A DNA stretch of 26,173 nt from Myxococcaceae bacterium. GTDB taxonomy: Bacteria > Myxococcota > Myxococcia > Myxococcales > Myxococcaceae. The notes beneath the pieces are model-generated. The model was given only the letters and a program-made list of their open reading frames with translations. It made no database searches and had not been told where the DNA came from. The stretch spans positions 1 through 26,173 of the forward strand of contig JBGALX010000012.1 of assembly GCA_044223505.1 (NCBI GenBank). Reading direction: 5' to 3'. Made by a program: the position numbers and the translations under genes. Below are positions 1 through 7,394 of this stretch, one piece after another; within the stretch, counting starts at the first letter, position 1, and the number at the start of each line of letters is the position of its first letter.

Positions 1-73
1 CACGTTTCAGAGGGCTCTCTGCCGAAGCCTGTACAACCGTCCATTCGTCGGGCGGCTTCGTTCGACGCCGTCA

Positions 74-1315
74 TCAACCGGGAGCCAGACGCCAGCGGAT
101 GACGAGATCCACGAACTCCTCGAGCCCGAGGGCCCCGAAGCCGTTCACCGACGTCACGCGCAGCAGCTCGAGCGCGGCGGCCGAATCAGTGCGCACCACC
201 GGAATCGTCGACTGCAGCTGCTTCCTCAAGCGCTGCTCTCCGCGCGTCGGGTCGAGCAGCGCCAGCATGAGGGCGCTCTCGGCCGCGCAGGCGCTGGTGT
301 CACTCTCGAGCAACTGCGCGACCTCGGCCCTCAGCTCGGGGCCCATCACCGGCCCCCACCACCACATGAGCTGACGGCAGGCTTCGTTGCGAAGCGGATC
401 CACCGCTCGAAATCGCCGCGCGGCGGTGAGAAAGAGCGACAGGTCGACTGGATCCGTCACGCGCCCGACGAGCCCGAGCGCCGCGCGAACCAGCGGCCCG
501 TGGGTCGAGCCGGTCAGCACGCTCCGCACCACTGGCGCTGCGGCGGGGCGCGACAGCTCCGCCAGCGCGAGCAGCGCGTGCGGCCCCTCTCGCTCGTCGT
601 CGATCGCGACGGTGAGGCGGTGCCGCCGGTCCTCTCGTATCCGCTCGAGCTCGTGCTCGACGACCGGAGACGCGCAGCTCTGCCGGGCCAGCAGCGGGTC
701 TTCGATGATCCACGCGAGCCACGGGTCCAGCGGGCCGTCGCTCAACGCCGTCGCCGCGCCACGCAACGCCCGCGCCCACGTCTGCCCGACTTCGGTGAAG
801 CGAAACGCGTGCTCGCCGGTGAGGAAGCCCGAGCGCTTGAGCACGGCGAGGTCGAACCTCCAGCTCGCGGTCAACAGCGGCCGCTCGAGCGTCGAGGCGC
901 TGCGCGTCGTCACGAGCCAGCGCTCGTAGAAGTACGGGTCGATCCACTCGCCCGAGCCTTCGTAGAAGTCGACGTCGAGCTCGGTGCCGTCGTCGTGCTG
1001 AAAGAGACAGCCGCGCCCGTGAAACGAGAACGACCACTCGCGCTCGCCAGGCACCCGGCCGCTGTCGAGCGCCGGGTGTCGACCCGTTCCGACCGCGTTC
1101 AGATCTGCTCCGAGGCGATTGACGACGATGTCCGTCAACCACCGCTGACGCAGGACGTGGCGATCCAGCGCCATCACGAGCCACCGCGCCCAGCGATCGA
1201 GCCCCAGCGTGCCGGGAGGCACCGATGCGAGGCGCTCCTCGAGCTCGGCTTCGCTGCGCGGCGGCGACCGCACCGCCGTCGCGATGGCATGCGCCAGCTG
1301 TTCGGGTGAGCTCAC
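74..1315 (-). CDS. hypothetical protein; start uncertain (GTG at 1315 or ATG at 1174). The 590-aa ORF reaching 1846 is an over-extension
   Basis: Minus-frame GC3 is about 85% from 1174 to 1315, falls above 1315, and stays high down to the stop at 74. The region above 1315 is better explained by the plus-strand gene 1343..1786. No recognisable domain (W-rich motifs WWWGPVMGPE, DPYFYERW). Confidence 0.5.
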   Translation of the reverse strand: MSSPEQLAHAIATAVRSPPRSEAELEERLASVPPGTLGLDRWARWLVMALDRHVLRQRWLTDIVVNRLGADLNAVGTGRHPALDSGRVPGEREWSFSFHGRGCLFQHDDGTELDVDFYEGSGEWIDPYFYERWLVTTRSASTLERPLLTASWRFDLAVLKRSGFLTGEHAFRFTEVGQTWARALRGAATALSDGPLDPWLAWIIEDPLLARQSCASPVVEHELERIREDRRHRLTVAIDDEREGPHALLALAELSRPAAAPVVRSVLTGSTHGPLVRAALGLVGRVTDPVDLSLFLTAARRFRAVDPLRNEACRQLMWWWGPVMGPELRAEVAQLLESDTSACAAESALMLALLDPTRGEQRLRKQLQSTIPVVRTDSAAALELLRVTSVNGFGALGLEEFVDLVIRWRLAPG

Positions 1316-1342
1316 GCAGCCGCGATGATACCTTCCGCGCCC

Positions 1343-1786
1343 ATGGCCCGACGCCGACTCGCCTGGGGAGCTCTCGCGTTCGCCTCGTGCTCTCCCGTCG
1401 CAGCTCCCGCGGACGCCGGCCACGACGCGGGACGCACCGACGCAGGCACCGCCGATGCGGGCGCCTCCGATGCCGGCACGGATGCGGGCTACGACGCCGG
1501 CCTCATCGACGCGGGAACTGATGCGGGCACCGACGCAGGCACCGCTGACGCCGGCTGCCGCTGCGCGCGCGACGACGGCGGCTGCAAGGTGCCACCCGAC
1601 TTCCCGCAGGCGCTGCGCGGCACGTTCTACGAGGAAGAGCTCTGCTTCTGCGAGCCGAACCCGACCGTGTGGTGCCTCGACGAGACCGCGGCGCGGTGCA
1701 ACGAGAGCTGGGGCTGCAACCCGGCGAAAGAGACCGACGGCGGAGTCCGCTACCTCGTCGACGGCGGCCCCTACTGTTTGTGTTGA
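1343..1786 (+). CDS. small secreted cysteine-rich protein: signal peptide, D-A-G-T repeat linker, 10-Cys C-terminal domain
   Basis: ORF 1325..1786. ATG at 1343 gives MARRRLAWGALAFASC... (n-region RRR plus hydrophobic core, possible lipobox or AXA site). Repeats DAGTDAG/DAGYDAG follow. The C-terminus carries CRCARDDGGCK...CFCEPNPTVWC...CNESWGCNP...YCLC. GC3 is high in this frame. Confidence 0.55.
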   Translation: MARRRLAWGALAFASCSPVAAPADAGHDAGRTDAGTADAGASDAGTDAGYDAGLIDAGTDAGTDAGTADAGCRCARDDGGCKVPPDFPQALRGTFYEEELCFCEPNPTVWCLDETAARCNESWGCNPAKETDGGVRYLVDGGPYCLC

Positions 1787-1795
1787 TGAGCTGTC

Positions 1796-1813
1796 GCCCG
1801 CCGGTCGGCGGGC
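1796..1813 (+). terminator. GC-rich hairpin GCCCGCC-GGTC-GGCGGGC immediately 3' of the 1343..1786 stop, 17 nt before the next start; no U-tract
   Basis: Perfect 7-bp stem read directly from the sequence. It lies between two co-oriented genes, so it may be an attenuator or processing stem rather than a full terminator. Confidence 0.3.
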
Positions 1814-1829
1814 TAGGTTGGCGCGCACC

Positions 1830-3329
1830 ATGCGCCCACTCGTCATGCTCGCTGTGCTCGCCGCCGGCAGCGCCCACGCGTTCTGCGGCTTCTACGTCTC
1901 TGGAGCCGACCAGTCGCTCTTCAACAACGCCACCCAGGTCGTGATGATGCGCGAGGGCACCCGCACCGTGCTCTCGATGCAGAACAACTACCAGGGCCCG
2001 CCGTCGGACTTCGCGATGGTCATCCCCGTGCCCGTCGTTCTGCAGAAAGAGAACGTGAAGACGCTCAACAAGGCGGTCTTCGACAAGATCGACAAGCTCG
2101 CGGCGCCGCGCCTCGTCGAGTACTGGGAGCAGGACCCGTGCTGGAAGCCGAGCCCCGAGCGATACGACCGCTCGCCGGCGAAGCCCGCGCCGATGGCGAT
2201 GAAGGCCGCCGGGTCGGGCACCGGCTCGCTCGACTACGGCGTCACCATCGAGGCCCAGTTCAGCGTCGGCGAGTACGAGATCGTCATCCTCTCGGCGAAC
2301 GACGCGCTCGGCCTCGACCGCTGGCTCCGCGACAACAAGTACAAGATTCCCAGGGGCGCCGAGCCGCTGTTCAAGCCGTACATCAGCCAGGGGTGGAAGT
2401 TCTTCGTCGCCCGCGTCGACGCGAAGAAGGTGCAGTTCGTCGAGGGCCAGGCGGCGCTCTCGCCGCTGCGCTTCCACTACGACTCCGAGCAGTTCACGCT
2501 GCCGATTCGCCTCGGGCTGATCAACGCGAAGGACAAGCAGGACCTCATCGTTCACGTCATCGCGAAGAACCAGCGCTACGAGGTCGCGAACTACCCGAAC
2601 GTCACCATCCCCACGAACATCGACCTGCACGAGGGCTCGCGCAGCGAGTTCGGCGCGTTCTACGCGAGCCTGCTCGACCGCACGATCGCGAAGACTCCGA
2701 AGGCCGTCGTCACCGAGTACTCGTGGGCGTCGTCGAGCTGCGACCCGTGCCCGACGCCTCCGCTGCAGGAGGGCGACCTCATGGCGCTCGGCCTCGACGC
2801 GCTGAGCCCCGACCCGATGCCCGAGATCGAAGTGAAGAACGCCGAGCTGCTCAAGCCCGACGAGAAGCGCATCATCGACTCGATGATGAACAACGCGCGG
2901 CGAATGATCATGCAGCGCCGCGGCCTCAACGCCTACGGCTTCGTGCTCACCCGCCTGCACGCCCGCTACGACAAGGACTCGCTCGGCGAAGACCTCGTCT
3001 TCAAGGCCGCTCCGCCCATCGCCGGCGGCCGCGAGTTCCTCACCGACGGCCAGAAGCTCGAGCAGGGCGCCGTGCCCTACGGCACCAACAACTTCCAGGG
3101 CCGCTACGCCATTCGCCACCCGTGGAAGGGGCCCATCGCGTGCTCGAACCCGGTGCGCGGCCGCTGGGGCGGGCCTCCGGCCGGCGAGTCGCAGCAGCCC
3201 CCCGTCGCCGCCACCGGCACCGCGTTCGCGCCGCGCAAAGACGACATCACCGACCGCCTCGTCGAGAGCCCCGTCGCCGAGCTCGGCATCAAGGGGAAGA
3301 AAGAGCGCGCCGGCGTGCCGCTGAAGTAG
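1830..3329 (+). CDS. secreted protein, probably DUF2330 family
   Basis: ATG at 1830 is in frame with ORF 1455..3329. N-terminus MRPLVMLAVLAAGSAHA-FCGFYVSGADQ is a signal peptide followed by a conserved-looking CGFYV motif. GC3 is above 90% throughout. The 5' part of the track ORF (1455-1829) is low-complexity R/A-rich and rejected. Confidence 0.7.
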   Translation: MRPLVMLAVLAAGSAHAFCGFYVSGADQSLFNNATQVVMMREGTRTVLSMQNNYQGPPSDFAMVIPVPVVLQKENVKTLNKAVFDKIDKLAAPRLVEYWEQDPCWKPSPERYDRSPAKPAPMAMKAAGSGTGSLDYGVTIEAQFSVGEYEIVILSANDALGLDRWLRDNKYKIPRGAEPLFKPYISQGWKFFVARVDAKKVQFVEGQAALSPLRFHYDSEQFTLPIRLGLINAKDKQDLIVHVIAKNQRYEVANYPNVTIPTNIDLHEGSRSEFGAFYASLLDRTIAKTPKAVVTEYSWASSSCDPCPTPPLQEGDLMALGLDALSPDPMPEIEVKNAELLKPDEKRIIDSMMNNARRMIMQRRGLNAYGFVLTRLHARYDKDSLGEDLVFKAAPPIAGGREFLTDGQKLEQGAVPYGTNNFQGRYAIRHPWKGPIACSNPVRGRWGGPPAGESQQPPVAATGTAFAPRKDDITDRLVESPVAELGIKGKKERAGVPLK

Positions 3330-3338
3330 CGCCGGCTC

Positions 3339-4532
3339 TCAGCCGCCGATGCGCTGGTCTGCCGGCAGCTTCCAGTCCGGTGGCCGCGCGTTGCGCGGCA
3401 TCGGCCCCGCGCTGACGTTGGCCTTCAGAACGACGCCCGCAGCGCCGGTCACGCCGTTGGAGCTCGTGAGCTCGAAGGGGCAGCTCCCTGCGAAGACGTA
3501 GTGGTCGGTGGCGACCCTCACGTCGAGGCGCCCCGTCTGCTCGTTGCGCTTCACCTCGAGTACGCGCAGCCCGTCGGAGACGCCTCCGTTGTCCGTGAGC
3601 CCGTAGCTGCCGTCGGCGCGGAGCAGAACTCCGAGGTTGAACGAGGCGCTCCCCTCGGTGCGGACGCCCGTGAGCGCTTCGAACGTATCCCAGCGGTTGG
3701 CCGAGATCCGGTACTCGCCCGCCGGCAGCAGGTCGCTGACCGTCGCGGCCTTGGGCTGCTCGCCGTGGATCAACCGATCGAGCGTCGACGTCGAAGAGGT
3801 CGCGCCGCCCCGCTGCCACTGCTGCGTCACTTCGACGGTGCCGTCTTGCTTGATGACGCCCTCGAGCCGTGCGCCGTGCTCGTAGTACCGCCAGCTCCCG
3901 GTGGTCCACGCGCCCCACAGCGTGCCCTCGCGGTCGAGCTTGAACGCCACGTCTCCGTTCGGGCGCCGCTCGACGTGCGCGTGCTCCCAGCCCTTCATGA
4001 GCAGCTGGTTGATGGCGCTCTCGACGGTCGAGTCGCTCAGCGTGCTCGGCGCCGGCCGCGTCGCGTCGATGCCCGAAGCCAACCCCGTGATTCGCGCGAA
4101 CGTGAGGCGGGCTTGCGTCGAGGGGGTCGCTCCACTCGCGAGCGCCGCGTTCCACGCCTCGACGATGGCCGCCAGCTCGCCGGCGTCGATGGCCCCGTCA
4201 GCGCCGCGCGCGATGACCTCGGCCTGCAGCAGCACCGGCTCCGAGAGCACCGCGCCCGTCAGAAAGGCTCGAACTCGCCCTGCGCCGCTCGGCGCCGGGT
4301 CACCCAGCGCGAGGCTCGGCAGCGGCGTGACGGCTCCGGCCGGAGTCGTCAGCAGCACGCGGCTGTCAGCGCTCGTCGCGTTGAACGCGTCCGCGGCCGT
4401 TGCAGGCATGGCTGCCGTCGCAGGCGCCGCCGCCGGGGCCACGGGCGTCACTGCGGGCGGTGTCACAGCGACGAGGCTGCGGGGCGGGGCCTGCGGCAGG
4501 TCGATGGGCATTCGCGGCCAGATTGCAGCCAC
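3339..4532 (-). CDS. hypothetical protein (Pro/Ala-rich N-terminus; no domain recognised)
   Basis: 397-aa ORF with high GC3 along its whole length. Start is GTG at 4532, or ATG 21 nt downstream. It is co-oriented 74 bp downstream of the phosphoesterase gene, so likely co-transcribed. It converges with the DUF2330 gene; the two stops are 9 bp apart. Confidence 0.6.
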   Translation of the reverse strand: MAAIWPRMPIDLPQAPPRSLVAVTPPAVTPVAPAAAPATAAMPATAADAFNATSADSRVLLTTPAGAVTPLPSLALGDPAPSGAGRVRAFLTGAVLSEPVLLQAEVIARGADGAIDAGELAAIVEAWNAALASGATPSTQARLTFARITGLASGIDATRPAPSTLSDSTVESAINQLLMKGWEHAHVERRPNGDVAFKLDREGTLWGAWTTGSWRYYEHGARLEGVIKQDGTVEVTQQWQRGGATSSTSTLDRLIHGEQPKAATVSDLLPAGEYRISANRWDTFEALTGVRTEGSASFNLGVLLRADGSYGLTDNGGVSDGLRVLEVKRNEQTGRLDVRVATDHYVFAGSCPFELTSSNGVTGAAGVVLKANVSAGPMPRNARPPDWKLPADQRIGG

Positions 4533-4606
4533 CGTGCCCTCTGCACGCGGTGCAACTCTCGGGTGTTGCGCGCCGAAGCGCGCACGTCGTCACACGACAG
4601 CGCACG

Positions 4607-5128
4607 TCACAGCGAGAGCTCGGCCTGGGCGACCTGCAGCAGCTCGTCGCCCTCGAGCGAGTGGAGCCGCGCGCGGATCAGCGTCGCAGAGACCTCGAGC
4701 AGCGCCGCGCTGCGCAGCAGCTTGAAGCGCTTCTTTCCCGCGCCCCCCGGGTTCACGAACAGCCGCCCGCCGTGCTCGACCAGCACGCCCTTGTGGCTGT
4801 GGCCGCTGACCACGACGCGCGGGCTCTCGGCCTGCAGCAGAAACTGCACCTTGATGGTCGGCTCGTCGGGCCGCCCCAGCTCGTGCACGACGAGCACCGG
4901 CACCGAGCCGATGCGCTCGACGCGCGCCGCCGGCAGCTCTCGCGCCCACGGGCCGGTGTCGTTGTTGCCCGCGACCGCGCGCACGGGAGCAATCTCGGAC
5001 AGGCGCGTGAGCACCGCGGGCGCGCCGACGTCGCCGGCGTGGAGGATGAGCGAGACGCCCTCGAACAGCCGCGTGAGCTTCTCGTCGAACATGCCGTGCG
5101 TGTCCGAAACGACGCCGACCTTTTCCAT
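4607..5128 (-). CDS. YfcE/MJ0936-type metallophosphoesterase (calcineurin-like, Metallophos_2)
   Basis: MEKVGVVSDTHG...ILHAGDVG...VAGNNDTG...VVSGHSHKG carries all four signature metal-binding motifs (DxH, GD, GNHD/E, GHxH). The ATG at 5128 is residue 8 of ORF 4607..5149. Confidence 0.85.
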   Translation of the reverse strand: MEKVGVVSDTHGMFDEKLTRLFEGVSLILHAGDVGAPAVLTRLSEIAPVRAVAGNNDTGPWARELPAARVERIGSVPVLVVHELGRPDEPTIKVQFLLQAESPRVVVSGHSHKGVLVEHGGRLFVNPGGAGKKRFKLLRSAALLEVSATLIRARLHSLEGDELLQVAQAELSL

Positions 5129-5160
5129 TGAGAGGCAGCCTATGCTCACGGGCCGCTCCC

Positions 5161-5913
5161 ATGAACGTCATCGTCGCGATCTGCGGCACGCTGCCGGCGC
5201 TGTTCCTCATGTGGTACGTCGAGAAGCACGACGCGAAGCGCCCCGAGCCGCGCTCGCTGCTCCGCAAGACGGCGCTGTTCGGCGGCCTCGCCACCATTCC
5301 CTGCATCGTGATTCAGGTCGCGCTGTCGGGCGGCGGCAAGATTGCTCCCGCGAACGCGGGCGAGGCGATGTTCACCGCGTACATCGTCGCGGGCCTCACC
5401 GAAGAGGGCGCGAAGGCCGCCTGCCTCTACCTCGCCGTGTGGAGACACCCCGCGTTCAACGAGCGCTTCGACGGCATCGTCTACGGCACCCGCGCGGGCC
5501 TCGGCTTCGCGCTCGTCGAGAACGTCGGCTACCTGCTCGGTGCCGAGAGCATGAGCGGCCTCATCAGCATGTTCATCTTGCGCGCCGTGCTCGCGGTGCC
5601 GGGCCACGCCATCTGGGGCGGCTTCATGGGCCACTACGCGGCGAAGAAGCGCTTCGACGGCACCGGCCCGGGACTGCTCGGAGGCCTCGCCATCGCCGTC
5701 TTTCTGCACGGCACCTACGACGCGGCGCTGTTCCTCGCTCCGTTCGCCGGAGCCGGCGCGCTGCTGCTCTTCCCGATTCCGCTCATCGTCATCATCGTGG
5801 GCTACCGCCGCCTGCGCGCGCACGCGGTGTGGGCGATCGCGAAAGACGACATCACGCACGCGCACCCGCCGATGCCGAAGCTGCCGCTCGGCATGGGCTT
5901 CGTCTTGCGCTGA
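5161..5913 (+). CDS. PrsW/CPBP-superfamily intramembrane metalloprotease (multi-pass membrane protein)
   Basis: ATG at 5161 is in frame with ORF 5128..5913. Motifs seen: LTEEGAKAACLY (EExxK), FALVENVGY, GHAIWGGFMGHY, FLHGTYDAALF (HxxYD). At least 6 hydrophobic helices. It is divergent from the phosphoesterase gene with only 32 bp between the start codons. Confidence 0.8.
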   Translation: MNVIVAICGTLPALFLMWYVEKHDAKRPEPRSLLRKTALFGGLATIPCIVIQVALSGGGKIAPANAGEAMFTAYIVAGLTEEGAKAACLYLAVWRHPAFNERFDGIVYGTRAGLGFALVENVGYLLGAESMSGLISMFILRAVLAVPGHAIWGGFMGHYAAKKRFDGTGPGLLGGLAIAVFLHGTYDAALFLAPFAGAGALLLFPIPLIVIIVGYRRLRAHAVWAIAKDDITHAHPPMPKLPLGMGFVLR

Positions 5914-6055
5914 GAGCCGAGCACGACGACCCGGAAGCTCAGGCCCGGTGGGCCGCCGCTCCATCGCCGCTGGCTGCGCGGCGCTCCCTGCGACGCGCCG
6001 ACGGGTGCGCCTCAAGTCGCGACGCCCGGCACGGACTTCCGGGCTGTCGTACGAG

Positions 6056-6601
6056 TCACTTCTTCTTCGGGACGTTCTGCCCCATCAGGCGCTCGTAGAT
6101 GCCCGCGAGCACCCAGTCGACCACCTCGGTCTCGTCGCGCGCGCTCACGAGGTTCATGCCCACCCAGTCGGGCGGCACCTTCGTGTCGGTGCACGCGTAC
6201 TGCACGTCCGCGAGCAGGTTGTCGTAGTCGGAGCACAGCTCGATCTGCCCGACCATCGGCTTGCCCATCAGCGTCACCTCGGTCGCGCCCTGCTTGTTGG
6301 AGGCCAGCCGCGCCGCGTACCAGCTCCCCAGCTGCAGCCCGTACGGCGCCGCATTCGGAGGCACCGGCCGCGAGCCCTTGTAGATGATGACCTGCGACTG
6401 GTTCTCACCCGTCAGCGTGCTCGTCGGGCGGAAGCCGCGTGAGAAGAACAGCTCGTCGACCACCGGCTGCACCGTCGCCGGCGGCGCGTTCACCACCACC
6501 GTCGTCGCGCGCTTCTTGAGGTAGTCGTTCGAGCTGCCGCGAATGACCACGAGGTTCGAACAACCAAACAGCACCACCGCGAGGGGGAGCAGTCGGAACA
6601 T
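6056..6601 (-). CDS. lipoprotein of unknown function
   Basis: MFRLLPLAVVLFGCSNL contains a lipobox (LFGC). Its start is 12 bp downstream of the response-regulator stop, so it is the last gene of the minus-strand operon. Confidence 0.65.
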   Translation of the reverse strand: MFRLLPLAVVLFGCSNLVVIRGSSNDYLKKRATTVVVNAPPATVQPVVDELFFSRGFRPTSTLTGENQSQVIIYKGSRPVPPNAAPYGLQLGSWYAARLASNKQGATEVTLMGKPMVGQIELCSDYDNLLADVQYACTDTKVPPDWVGMNLVSARDETEVVDWVLAGIYERLMGQNVPKKK

Positions 6602-6613
6602 GGGCTCGCCCGC

Positions 6614-7297
6614 TTAGCACACCCAGCGGAAACCGACGCCCCGCACCGTCTTCAGCTCGAAGCCCGCCTCGCCCTTCTTCACCGTGAGCTTCTTCTTCAG
6701 CGACGAGACGAAGTTGTCGACCGTGTGCAGGTCGACGACGACCTCGCCCCAGACGCGGTCGAGAATCTCGTCGCGGCTCAGCACCCGGCCGCCGCTCTCG
6801 AGCAGCATGACGAGCAGGTCGAACTCTTTGCGCGTGAGCTCGACGGGCCCGCTCGGGCCCGTCACGCTGCGCGTCGCGACGTCGACGCTGAACGGGCCGA
6901 AGCGGTGCTGCGTCGTCGCCGAGCCCTCGGCGGGCCCGCGGCGCACCAGCGCAGCGATGCGCGCATAGAGCTCGCGCAGGCGGTACGGCTTCGCGAGGTA
7001 GTCGTCGGCGCCGGCGTCGAAGCCGCGCACCAGGTCTTCTTCGAGGCTGCGCGCCGTGAGCATCAGCACGCGGGCCGGCAGCTTCTTCTCACGCAGCCGC
7101 TTGCAGAACGCGTAGCCGTCGCCGTCGGGCAGCATGAGGTCGAGCACCACGACGTCGGTCGGCGCGCTCTCGAGCGCCTTCCACCCCTCGGCGACCGAGG
7201 CCGCGGTGCGCACGGCGTAGCCCTGCTCCTTCAGGTTGTCCTCGAGCGTCAGGCGCAGGTTCGCGTCGTCTTCGACGATGAGGACGGAGGAGGCCAT
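6614..7297 (-). CDS. OmpR/PhoB-family response regulator (receiver plus winged-helix)
   Basis: LIVEDD...VVLDLMLPDGDG...LTARSLEEDLVRGFDAGADDYLAKPY forms the receiver domain. The C-terminal Trans_reg_C-like region reads ...LTRKEFDLLVMLL...RDEILDRVWG... Confidence 0.9.
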   Translation of the reverse strand: MASSVLIVEDDANLRLTLEDNLKEQGYAVRTAASVAEGWKALESAPTDVVVLDLMLPDGDGYAFCKRLREKKLPARVLMLTARSLEEDLVRGFDAGADDYLAKPYRLRELYARIAALVRRGPAEGSATTQHRFGPFSVDVATRSVTGPSGPVELTRKEFDLLVMLLESGGRVLSRDEILDRVWGEVVVDLHTVDNFVSSLKKKLTVKKGEAGFELKTVRGVGFRWVC

Positions 7298-7319
7298 GCA
7301 CCTGCAGTTGTATCGGAGT

Positions 7320-7358
7320 CCCCTCTCCCCTCGTAGGGGAGAGGGACAGGGTGAGGGG
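7320..7358 (+). repeat. REP-like GC-rich palindromic element, copy A (CCCCTCTCCCCTCGTAGGGGAGAGGGACAGGGTGAGGGG)
   Basis: An 11-bp stem (CCCTCTCCCCT/AGGGGAGAGGG, loop CGT) followed by GGGTGAGGGG. It lies 22 nt upstream of the response-regulator ATG (on the minus transcript). It is identical to copy B over 39 nt except for 1 mismatch. Confidence 0.6.
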
Positions 7359-7394
7359 CGACAGCGGGCGGTTCGCTCATGCGTTCAGCTTCTC

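Noticed and set aside
1455-1829. 5' extension of the DUF2330 ORF (track ORF 1455..3329, 624 aa)
   Set aside because: The N-terminal 125 codons translate to R/A/T low-complexity sequence that overlaps the better-supported gene 1343..1786 in another frame. The signal peptide and GC3 support ATG 1830.
1503-3415. Long antisense or alternate-frame ORFs over the DUF2330 gene (1503..3119 minus, 2138..3415 plus)
   Set aside because: These are typical high-GC artefacts: R/A/G/D-rich low-complexity translations, no GC3 skew, and complete overlap with a strongly supported gene.
3501-6098. 865-aa plus-strand ORF spanning three real genes
   Set aside because: It covers the antisense of 3339..4532 and 4607..5128 and a frame-shifted copy of the PrsW gene. 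The translation is R/A/P-rich nonsense.
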